A stretch of 64,000 nt of DNA from Candidatus Bathyarchaeia archaeon (GTDB lineage: Bacteria; Patescibacteriota; Microgenomatia; PFEM01; JAFGMK01), in assembly GCA_035529595.1 (NCBI GenBank), contig DATKWK010000035.1:177067-241066 (forward strand), read 5' to 3'. The first letter of the stretch is position 1. Each line of letters begins with the position of its first letter. The notes beneath the pieces were generated by a model that was not told the DNA's origin, did no database searches, and was given only the letters and a program-made list of their open reading frames with translations. Shown in pieces: positions 57,085 to 64,000 of this stretch. Made by a program: the position numbers and the translations under genes.

Positions 57085-59953
57085 TTTTTTTGCCCCGGAC
57101 AGGTGAGGATCCTTTCCGTTTAACTAAAGCCAGCTGTTTTTTTGATTTATCAACCAGCCAAAGGGCGGACACCAAAAAAGCCAAAACATAAGGCAAAACG
57201 TTTTCATCATCAATCGGACAATTGCTAGCGATCCCTAAAACATCTTCCTCTTTCCCGGTCGCTTTGGCCTCAAAAAGATTCGCCAGGGCTTTCCATTTAA
57301 TCCGAAAATCAGTCCGGGCCGTATTGGAGACTACCTCGCCACCGTTGGGCGCATAACCGTAAGCCTGAGCTTCGGTATGGTAAAAACCGGCCGGCAGAAT
57401 ACCGTCATCAGCCAGTTTCAAGCCAAAGGTGAGCACCACGCCCCGCCCCGGTTCGATTGTCCCTAAATCAAAACCGGCGGCGCCAAAACCCTCGTGCGGG
57501 ATGCCGTTGAATAGCGCCTGATAAAGATAGGTATTAAAAGAAGGCACGTCACTGGTATTGTTGATTTTAATCTCAAAAGTGACCACATCGCCCGGATAAA
57601 CATACTCGCCGACATTGTTCCAGGCGCTGATCTCGAGTTTAGGCTGGCGCGAATCGACGCCGGCCTCGTCAACCGATTCAACTGATTCAATCGATTCAAG
57701 AGAATAAACGACTGTTTTGACGGCGGCAATATTATTACTCAGATTGGATTCCGGATCCAGGGTGCCGATCGCGGCTGTGGCAATAATCTCCTGTGAGGAC
57801 GATCCCTCAGCCGCCATCACCGGCGCAATCAGCTTTGACTTCAAGCGCGACCAGAAAGTCATCGCCTGAAACGAGGAGAAATCGCCGTCAATCTGAACCG
57901 TAACGTCAAAACTGCCGCTCCGGCCAACCCCCAAGTCTCCCAGAGTCCAGGAACAGTTTTGACCGGAAATAGCCGGCATCAAGTTACTGGTATCATTTAA
58001 GTACTTCACTCCCTTGGGCAAAGTTAAATTCAACCGAACGTCAGTCGCCAGATCATGGCCCTGGTTTTGATAGTTTAAAGTGTAATGGGTGGTGTCGCCG
58101 ACATTGGCCCGGCCGGTACCGTTGCTGATGGTAACCGCCACATCGGGATAGGCAAAAAAGAGATTGCCGGTCCAATCGCCTAAGATATTAAACAAACCGA
58201 AAAACCAGCGGCTGCCGAAAATGTTTAAATTAACCAGCTCAAATAGGTTAGCCAAAGCCGTTGCCTTGCCGGTTTGGATAGCGGTATCATCACCATTGTC
58301 ATTGGCCTGGTTATCACCGGTAGAGGCGGTTACCGCCAGATTGGTAGTGACGCTGGCATCATTGTCATTTACAACCGCACCAGCCGTCTGGTCACCGGTT
58401 TGATCGCCAGCCTGGCCGCTGGCCGGAGAATCGGACTGGAACTGAAAAAATGTCGTTGTTTCATCGTTCGGTTCTTCGACGGCCTCCGGAGACGACCAGC
58501 CGAAGATCCGGCCGGCCCAGGAACCGAAACGATTAATGATAAATAAGAACCAGTTATTTTGGGAAATATTGGTATTGGCCAGAACCATGACGTTGGTCCG
58601 GCTATTGGCATCGCCGGTGGTCAGCAAGCCGTTACCCTGATTGTCCAACGCCTGGTTGCCGCCGGTATCGGCGGTGGCTTGGGCTGAAGCATTGATGTCG
58701 GCCTGGTTCTGATTATTAAAATCAGCCGGCTGGCCATTTCCAACCACACCACCAGACTCCCCGGCGAACTTTTCCGGCCGGGGAAGAATCAGGTCGCCGA
58801 CAAAATCGCCGATGATATTGAAAACCACAAATAAAAATTTACCGCCAACCAGATTAAGGTTGACCAGGTCAACCACATTGCCCAAAGCGGTGGCGCTTCC
58901 GGTGGTGATATCGGCGCCTTCGCCGTTTCCGGAGGCCCGGTTACCGCCGGTTTGGGCGCTGACTTCAACGTCATTGAATAAACTGGCGATATTTTCATTC
59001 CTAATGAGAAAATACTGGCCGTCCTTGTGAATCAATTTCCAGCCTTCGGCATCCTGGTTTAAAATATCATTCCAAACTTGATTGAGGTCAATCTCTCCCT
59101 GCTTGCCTTTCAGATAATTCTCAACCAGAATCTGGAAATCGGCAGCGGTGATATTAATGTTTAGGATATTGAAAAGATTAGCCAGGGCCAAAGCGTCGCC
59201 GGTATCAATAGTCGCCTGGCCTTGATTATCGCCGGCCTGGTTGCCGCCGGTGCCGGCGGTGACATCAAGATCATTACTGATATCGGCTTGATTATGGTTA
59301 TCAACTACCAGTCCACCGACACCCGCCTCCGTCGTTTCGGCCGCCTCAGCGGCTTCAGTGGCTTCGGCCGCTTCTGTAGCTTCGCTACCGGCAGTTTCAG
59401 CGTCGCTGTCGCCAAGCAGAACGGTATTGCTATTGGCCTGGTTGGTAATCTGGCCGCTGGCAGTGGCGTCGCCGGTACCAACGGTGGCATCACCGCTTGA
59501 ACCGGTGGTCGAGTTATCGCCGGTTTGGGCGGAAGAGCTGGCCGTATCATCAAGAAGCGCCGTATTGTCATTACCGACCTGGTTACTGTCACTGCAGTCG
59601 CCGGGTTCGGTGGCGATATCCGGCGGGGTGCAGGGATCCTCAGGAGTAGAAATTTGGCCTTCAAGACAGGTAAGCGTGGTATTAACTTCGGTTTCGACTT
59701 CGGCCTCGGAGTCGGCGTCGCCGGTGGTCATGGTCGAATCGCCGTCCTGGTTTTCCGGGACCGGCGTTGAAGCCGGATCAGCCGGTGGCGGGCTTTCCTC
59801 GGGCGGCGGGGTTACCTGGCCGGACAAGTCTGCCGACTGGCTGGCTTCATCACCCTCGGCATAGGCAATCGGCGCCAAGACCGGATTAAAAACCAAAAGG
59901 CCTGACAAAAGCAGGCTTAAAAAGCGGACTAATGATTTGTTGTCCTTTTTCAT
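57077..59953 (-). CDS. Large secreted repeat protein (5.5 TGxN/TGDA repeats, DUF11-like Ig domains, C-terminal TM)
   Basis: Signal peptide (IAYA|EG); repeats NxNxA...AxTG[GD]N...TG[DSK]A...NxN; VGDTTHYTLNYQNQG...LPKGVKY...WTLGDL; VYPGDVVTFEIKINN; TM plus basic tail. Confidence 0.75.
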   Translation of the reverse strand: MKKDNKSLVRFLSLLLSGLLVFNPVLAPIAYAEGDEASQSADLSGQVTPPPEESPPPADPASTPVPENQDGDSTMTTGDADSEAEVETEVNTTLTCLEGQISTPEDPCTPPDIATEPGDCSDSNQVGNDNTALLDDTASSSAQTGDNSTTGSSGDATVGTGDATASGQITNQANSNTVLLGDSDAETAGSEATEAAEATEAAEAAETTEAGVGGLVVDNHNQADISNDLDVTAGTGGNQAGDNQGQATIDTGDALALANLFNILNINITAADFQILVENYLKGKQGEIDLNQVWNDILNQDAEGWKLIHKDGQYFLIRNENIASLFNDVEVSAQTGGNRASGNGEGADITTGSATALGNVVDLVNLNLVGGKFLFVVFNIIGDFVGDLILPRPEKFAGESGGVVGNGQPADFNNQNQADINASAQATADTGGNQALDNQGNGLLTTGDANSRTNVMVLANTNISQNNWFLFIINRFGSWAGRIFGWSSPEAVEEPNDETTTFFQFQSDSPASGQAGDQTGDQTAGAVVNDNDASVTTNLAVTASTGDNQANDNGDDTAIQTGKATALANLFELVNLNIFGSRWFFGLFNILGDWTGNLFFAYPDVAVTISNGTGRANVGDTTHYTLNYQNQGHDLATDVRLNLTLPKGVKYLNDTSNLMPAISGQNCSWTLGDLGVGRSGSFDVTVQIDGDFSSFQAMTFWSRLKSKLIAPVMAAEGSSSQEIIATAAIGTLDPESNLSNNIAAVKTVVYSLESIESVESVDEAGVDSRQPKLEISAWNNVGEYVYPGDVVTFEIKINNTSDVPSFNTYLYQALFNGIPHEGFGAAGFDLGTIEPGRGVVLTFGLKLADDGILPAGFYHTEAQAYGYAPNGGEVVSNTARTDFRIKWKALANLFEAKATGKEEDVLGIASNCPIDDENVLPYVLAFLVSALWLVDKSKKQLALVKRKGSSPVRGKKND

Positions 59954-59970
59954 TCGTAATTTCTCTTTGA

Positions 59971-60020
59971 CACCTCGGAGGAGTCATGGCTTCGGTCGAA
60001 GTATCGACCCTTCCGAGGTG
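59971..60020. repeat. Intergenic palindrome (REP-like)
   Basis: CACCTCGGA 59971-59979 / TCCGAGGTG 60012-60020, with inner GGTCGA / TCGACC. Confidence 0.65.
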
Positions 60021-60061
60021 AATAAAATTCAACGTTTTTTAACTAATTTTTGGTCTGGCCA

Positions 60062-60115
60062 GGGAGGCGCCGGACGGCGCCCCCCGAATCTTGAGAAGGA
60101 TACCGGCCGGTATCC
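60062..60115. repeat. Two GC-rich hairpins 3' of the small repeat gene
   Basis: GGGAGGCGCC/GGCGCCCCCC (60062-60085) and the perfect 18-bp palindrome GGATACCGGCCGGTATCC (60098-60115). Confidence 0.65.
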
Positions 60116-60129
60116 CCTCGCTTAAGCGC

Positions 60130-60669
60130 TTAATGACTAACGTCGGTGTTGACAACGGCGAAAGCCTTAACGCGTGAACGGGCATTCCCGGTGTACATCG
60201 TCTGGTTGCCGCCATCACTGGCGCTCTGCAACGTACCATGTTCTGCTTCAGCTTTTTTACTCTGGCCGTTCGCACCGGTTTCAGCATAAGAATCAGCTAA
60301 AACCGTAGCCCTAACCTTGTTCTCTTCATCCTTTTTACATTCGCAAGGATCGGAAGTCACACAAGTACAGCTGGCATCGGTATTGACCATGGCACCGGCT
60401 TTGGCGCTGGAATAAGCATCGCCGGTTTTCATATACTGGCTACCACTGGCATCAGCTTTCTGCAACCTACCATGTTCTGCTTCAGCTTCGCTACTCTGAG
60501 TATTCCACCCGGTAGAAGCTTCTGAATCTGCTGTAACGCTAACAACAACATCATTTGTCTCTGTTGCCATCGGTTGCTGCTGAGGTCCGTGATGTCCTGC
60601 TAAAACTGGCATGACGGCACCCAAAAGGATGGCACCGGCACCCAAAATTGCAATAGTTTTCTTCATCAT
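60130..60669 (-). CDS. Small secreted two-repeat protein (putative major fibre subunit)
   Basis: Signal peptide (PVLA|G); two ~60-aa repeats ADSxAxTGxN..AEAEHGxLQ..MxTG[DN]A..VNTD separated by CTC..CEC; perfect SD AAAAGGAGGTGA at 60680-60691. Confidence 0.8.
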   Translation of the reverse strand: MMKKTIAILGAGAILLGAVMPVLAGHHGPQQQPMATETNDVVVSVTADSEASTGWNTQSSEAEAEHGRLQKADASGSQYMKTGDAYSSAKAGAMVNTDASCTCVTSDPCECKKDEENKVRATVLADSYAETGANGQSKKAEAEHGTLQSASDGGNQTMYTGNARSRVKAFAVVNTDVSH

Positions 60670-61011
60670 GTTTTAATATTCACCTCCTTTTGATAACCGC
60701 TTCGCCTCCTGCTCCGAAGGGTGACCCCCTCGAAAGCCAAAAAAGCTTTTGGAGGGGTTACCCCTCCGTCGCCTTCGGCGAAACGGCCAAGATACAGGCA
60801 AGCCGTCTTCCAGCCAGACCAAGGTTTTCCGACGGTCCGCCTGCCCAATAATAATTATTGGCACAAAAAAACTCAGCCACCACTGACGGCTGAGTCATCT
60901 TATCTAATCCAAATATTCCGGCTGAGCAAACGGATAAACAGCATCGAATACCGTTCATAAAAAAAATTACGGTGAATGCTTCCGTTTGCGGCCAGCCCTT
61001 TTTATTTAATT
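60670..61011 (-). promoter_or_regulatory. Long structured 5' leader / candidate attenuator or ncRNA
   Basis: About 340 nt between the promoter and the ATG, with a 78-nt bulged hairpin, a terminator and several further stems. Confidence 0.6.
60865..60895 (-). terminator. Intrinsic terminator inside the leader
   Basis: Minus strand ACTCAGCCGT-CAGTG-GTGGCTGAGT then TTTTTT. The two G-U pairs form only on the minus-strand transcript. Confidence 0.75.
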
Positions 61012-61017
61012 TTATTC

Positions 61018-61046
61018 ACTATATCCGGCGTGAAAATCTTTGTCAA
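61018..61046 (-). promoter_or_regulatory. Near-consensus sigma70 promoter TTGACA-17-TATAGT
   Basis: TTGACA at 61046-61041, 17-nt spacer, TATAGT at 61023-61018. Confidence 0.8.
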
Positions 61047-61195
61047 GAGCCAAAGAGAAGGCCATAGAGCAAGATATAACCAACATTAGCTATTATTTTA
61101 GCTGCCAGTGAAAAAGAGAAAGCGTTTCTTTTTTTAAAAAAGCTTATAAGCCGGCATTTGGGCTTTGGATTTGACAACGGCTACCGGCCCGATAT

Positions 61196-62314
61196 TTAAT
61201 TTTGGCCCAGCGCCTGGCTCCAAAGCCGGCTGTCTTCCCCACCCAAGCGCCAGAAACAGAATTGGCGGATCCCCTGCTTTTTGGCAATTTCCAGTTTCCG
61301 ACTGATGCTTTCCCGGTCTTCAAACCAGATCTCATGGCCGACGCCGTCAAGCCGGTAGCGGCCGACCAGGGACGAGGATAAGGGATCGCGATTAGTCGTA
61401 CCCTGAAATTGGCTGAGGCGTTCCCGGGCCTGTCGGTATTCCACCGGCTCACCCTTATCCGGCCCCCAGTCATAACCGTAAGTCGGTATTCCCAGGACGA
61501 TTTTTTCCCGGGGCAAATTTTTAAGGTTAAAATCAATCACTGCTTCTAATTTGTCCAAAGGCGTCACCGGCCCGGGCCGGGAATTTTCGTTATGAAAATC
61601 ATAGGCCATGATCCGTAATTGGTCGGCGGATTCGGCCAAAGCCTGATAGTCTTGGCCGGCCAGTCCCTCCCATTGGTCGGCAGCTTCCCCGGTTTGGGCA
61701 TAAACACTGACTGAAAGCAGCAGACCATTCTGATGCAGAACAGAAGCTAAATCGGCGACAAACCGGCTATAGGCGTCTTTATCGGCCGGCTTCAAGCCTT
61801 CCCAATCCAGATCCCAACCTCGATATTGGTTGTCCTTGGCAATCCGCACCAGATCCTTAAGCAGGCTTTCCCGAAGACTGCCATCGGCAAGCAATTTGGC
61901 CACCCGCCGGCCGTCAAAATCATTAGCCAGGCTGGGAAGTATTTCCGCCCGGTTATCAGCGGCAATCGCCAAGACCACTTCTTTATTGGCAACTTCAATT
62001 TCCCGGATTTTACCGTCCGGCTCCAGCCGGTACCAAACCGGCAAAATCGTTTTCAAATATAAAGCAGCGACTTTTAGGGAAGCGGCGACTTCATCCTCAC
62101 TCCACCAGGGCAGCCAGGCGGAAAACTGAATATCTGCGGATTCCCGGTTGCCGGTTTTCTCGCCGGAAAGCGAAGCGATACCGGCCACCGGAGCCGAAGG
62201 CCCGGTCTTAAACGGCCAAATCAGCTCCGCCGTCTGTTTGCGAAAACGGGCAATCAGGAAAAATCCGACAGCGGAAATTAACAAAGATAAAAATATTCCC
62301 AGTTTTAATTTCAT
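61196..62314 (-). CDS. Glycoside hydrolase family 18 (chitinase-like), membrane-anchored
   Basis: GWDLDWE (DxDxE), IMAYDFH, LGIPTYGYDW, IWFED, FWRLGGED; N-terminal TM. Confidence 0.88.
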   Translation of the reverse strand: MKLKLGIFLSLLISAVGFFLIARFRKQTAELIWPFKTGPSAPVAGIASLSGEKTGNRESADIQFSAWLPWWSEDEVAASLKVAALYLKTILPVWYRLEPDGKIREIEVANKEVVLAIAADNRAEILPSLANDFDGRRVAKLLADGSLRESLLKDLVRIAKDNQYRGWDLDWEGLKPADKDAYSRFVADLASVLHQNGLLLSVSVYAQTGEAADQWEGLAGQDYQALAESADQLRIMAYDFHNENSRPGPVTPLDKLEAVIDFNLKNLPREKIVLGIPTYGYDWGPDKGEPVEYRQARERLSQFQGTTNRDPLSSSLVGRYRLDGVGHEIWFEDRESISRKLEIAKKQGIRQFCFWRLGGEDSRLWSQALGQN

Positions 62315-62430
62315 CTTCTTGTGATTCGATTATAAATTGTCATCAGCCGACGGTGGATCCCGCTCAGGGCCAGAACGACCAAGTGAACTACAAAAGAAAA
62401 TCCGCCTAAGCCGAGGACGGGCTGGGCCAT
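62311..62430 (-). CDS. Unannotated 39-aa small membrane protein
   Basis: SD AAAAGGAGG 7 nt before the ATG; MAQPVLGLGGFSFVVHLVVLALSGIHRRLMTIYNRITRR; its TGA overlaps the GH18 ATG (ATGA). Confidence 0.55.
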   Translation of the reverse strand: MAQPVLGLGGFSFVVHLVVLALSGIHRRLMTIYNRITRR

Positions 62431-63506
62431 ATCTTTGCCTCCTTTTCCTGATAACGAACCGCTTTATGCCAGCGCATTAGAAAATCGCCTCCCAAGACTA
62501 CCTTGAGGAAACTTTTTAAATAAAGCAAACTGCTTAAAGCCCTTATCAAATAAAACTGGGGAATGAAGTAAAAGATTTTCCAAGTTCCGTTTTTCCAGGC
62601 GGTATAAAAAAGAGTCGGAATCAGAAATAAAAACAGATCGGCCAAAAAAGGAACCACCAGCAAAGCCGGATTTTTCAATAAAATCCAGGGGCCGACAAAA
62701 AGGAGAAACAAAACCAGAAAACTATTTAAAAGTCCCTCGCTGGCTAAAAGCGCTACTTCCAAATCCAAGCGCTGGCCGCCCCAGGGAATCTGGTGCTTGG
62801 CGACACATTGCCAGAAACCGGTATACCAACGGTCAGCCTGTTTGACAAAATCGGTCAAATTTCCCGGATCCTGGGTCACAACCTGGGCTTTCTCGGCATA
62901 AGCGATCCTGCCTAAGTTACGGCGGTGAATTTCAAAAGTGAAATCCATATCTTCGGTAATCGTCTCAGCCGGAATCCGGACCCGGGCAAAAATCTGGGCC
63001 CGGTAAACGGTAGCGCAGCCCGGACAGACAATAATCGAGCCGATTTTTTCCTGGGCTTTTTTATAAACGGCTTGCGAAATTTCGTATTCCCATAACCGGT
63101 AACTGGTGATCCAGGAATGATTTTTCCCCAGCACCTTACCGACAACGCAGGCTAATTTTTGCTGCCGATCTCCTTCTAAAACCTTTAAAGTTTCCGGAAT
63201 AAAGTCAGCGGTAATAATCGTATCGGCATCCATTGGCATCAGAAACCGATAACGCCGGGCCAGCTTGAATTTCCGAATCGCTAAGTTGGTCGCCCGGGCT
63301 TTACCCAAGTTCCGGGAAAGCACTAAAATCCGGGAACCGGGCAGGTATTTGGCGGCCACCTGAGCCGTTTTGTCCGAGGAACCGTCGTCAATCACATAAA
63401 TATCCTCCGGGCAAATCAGCTCAAGAATCGCCCGCAAGGTTCTTTCCAGAATAACTGCTTCGTTATAGGCCGGAATTAAAACTGCCAGTTGACGCTTTTT
63501 AGCCAT
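62406..63506 (-). CDS. Processive GT2 polysaccharide synthase (PgaC/IcaA/CesA-like)
   Basis: PAYNE, DDGS, GKA, DADT, TED, QADRW (QxxRW), C-terminal TMs. Start MAKKR at 63506 with GGAGG SD. Confidence 0.88.
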   Translation of the reverse strand: MAKKRQLAVLIPAYNEAVILERTLRAILELICPEDIYVIDDGSSDKTAQVAAKYLPGSRILVLSRNLGKARATNLAIRKFKLARRYRFLMPMDADTIITADFIPETLKVLEGDRQQKLACVVGKVLGKNHSWITSYRLWEYEISQAVYKKAQEKIGSIIVCPGCATVYRAQIFARVRIPAETITEDMDFTFEIHRRNLGRIAYAEKAQVVTQDPGNLTDFVKQADRWYTGFWQCVAKHQIPWGGQRLDLEVALLASEGLLNSFLVLFLLFVGPWILLKNPALLVVPFLADLFLFLIPTLFYTAWKNGTWKIFYFIPQFYLIRALSSLLYLKSFLKVVLGGDFLMRWHKAVRYQEKEAKIWPSPSSA

Positions 63507-64000
63507 TACCAACCTCCAAAACCTGGCTTGGTAAAACAACCGATAAGCCGGATGATTTAATTTCAGTGATTATTCCTTCAAACTTTTCCGGAGCAACTCC
63601 ATATCTGGCGTCTTCCTTATCCACCTGATGAAAAATAAAAATTAACCAACTGCGGCTGTTTTTTGCTTCATGAAGCCAGCCGCGGATTTCCTCAAGAGAA
63701 GTGCTTTCTTCAATTCCGAAAGCCTTAAGCGAATAGGGCTCTTCCACCGGCAGCGGATTAAAACCGCCGTCGCTGGTCCGCAGAGAACGGTAATATTTTT
63801 GGGCAAATTCCCCGGTCCTTGAGGAAATCAAACCGCAAGGAGCCACAAAATGACCAGGCCGGAAACCTTCATTGATAAGTTCCTGACGGGAACGGTAAAA
63901 TTCAAGTTCCGCCTGAGAATCGGCTATCTGACCGTCGTCGCAATAATGGCTGACTCCGTGGGAGGTAATTTCCCAACCCTTTTTCTGCAAATCTCTCAAT
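63499..64000 (-). CDS. Polysaccharide deacetylase (CE4/NodB-like), 5' end outside the window
   Basis: GWEITSHGVSH (HxxxH), FVAPCG, WLIFIFHQV. Confidence 0.8.
   Translation of the reverse strand, partial: LRDLQKKGWEITSHGVSHYCDDGQIADSQAELEFYRSRQELINEGFRPGHFVAPCGLISSRTGEFAQKYYRSLRTSDGGFNPLPVEEPYSLKAFGIEESTSLEEIRGWLHEAKNSRSWLIFIFHQVDKEDARYGVAPEKFEGIITEIKSSGLSVVLPSQVLEVGNG

Noticed and set aside
57670-59400. Short 9-bp coding repeats (ESIESVESV, EATEAAEATEAA, GDQTGDQT) as CRISPR or contingency loci
   Set aside because: In-frame low-complexity linkers with no spacers and no cas genes.
56547-59864. Long plus-strand ORFs (e.g. 56558-57019, 59358-59864)
   Set aside because: Antisense shadows of GC-rich repetitive minus-strand genes, with no recognisable motifs.
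60666-60960. ORFs of 60-79 aa overlapping the structured leader
   Set aside because: No SD or protein-like composition; the palindromic RNA structure explains the region better. A leader-peptide role for 60758-60958 is not fully excluded.
60670-61011. Assignment to a known riboswitch, T-box, 6S or SRP RNA
   Set aside because: Hallmark consensus motifs were not found by eye, so it is left unassigned pending an Rfam search.

Overview
This looks like a bacterial window from a Patescibacteria/CPR (Microgenomates-like) genome. That assignment is inferred from gene style: standard TGA stops, many leaderless-type promoters and a massive GT-C repertoire. Three parts are visible. (1) 1-48150: a very large surface-glycosylation locus, open at the left edge. 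It holds about 16 multi-TM GT-C-fold/YfhO-like proteins, about 14 GT2s (5 resembling polyprenol-P-sugar synthases), 2 GT4s, 2 Wzx-type flippases, CDP-sugar enzymes, a B12-binding radical SAM enzyme and an embedded mtnP-apt pair. (2) 48196-55615: idi, trmD, TPM/LemA, an MBL hydrolase, rtcB, a CAP protein and a small palindromic MITE-like element. (3) 55691-64000: the best candidate for an undescribed system. A near-consensus sigma70 promoter is followed by a ~340-nt structured leader containing an intrinsic terminator. This precedes a small secreted 2-repeat protein, a large secreted protein with the same repeat, an FN3 protein with a sorting-like tail, and a sortase. Directly upstream lies a deacetylase / processive GT2 synthase / unannotated 39-aa ORF / GH18 polysaccharide operon. 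No tRNA, rRNA or CRISPR array was recognised. All family calls come from motif recognition by eye; no searches were run.
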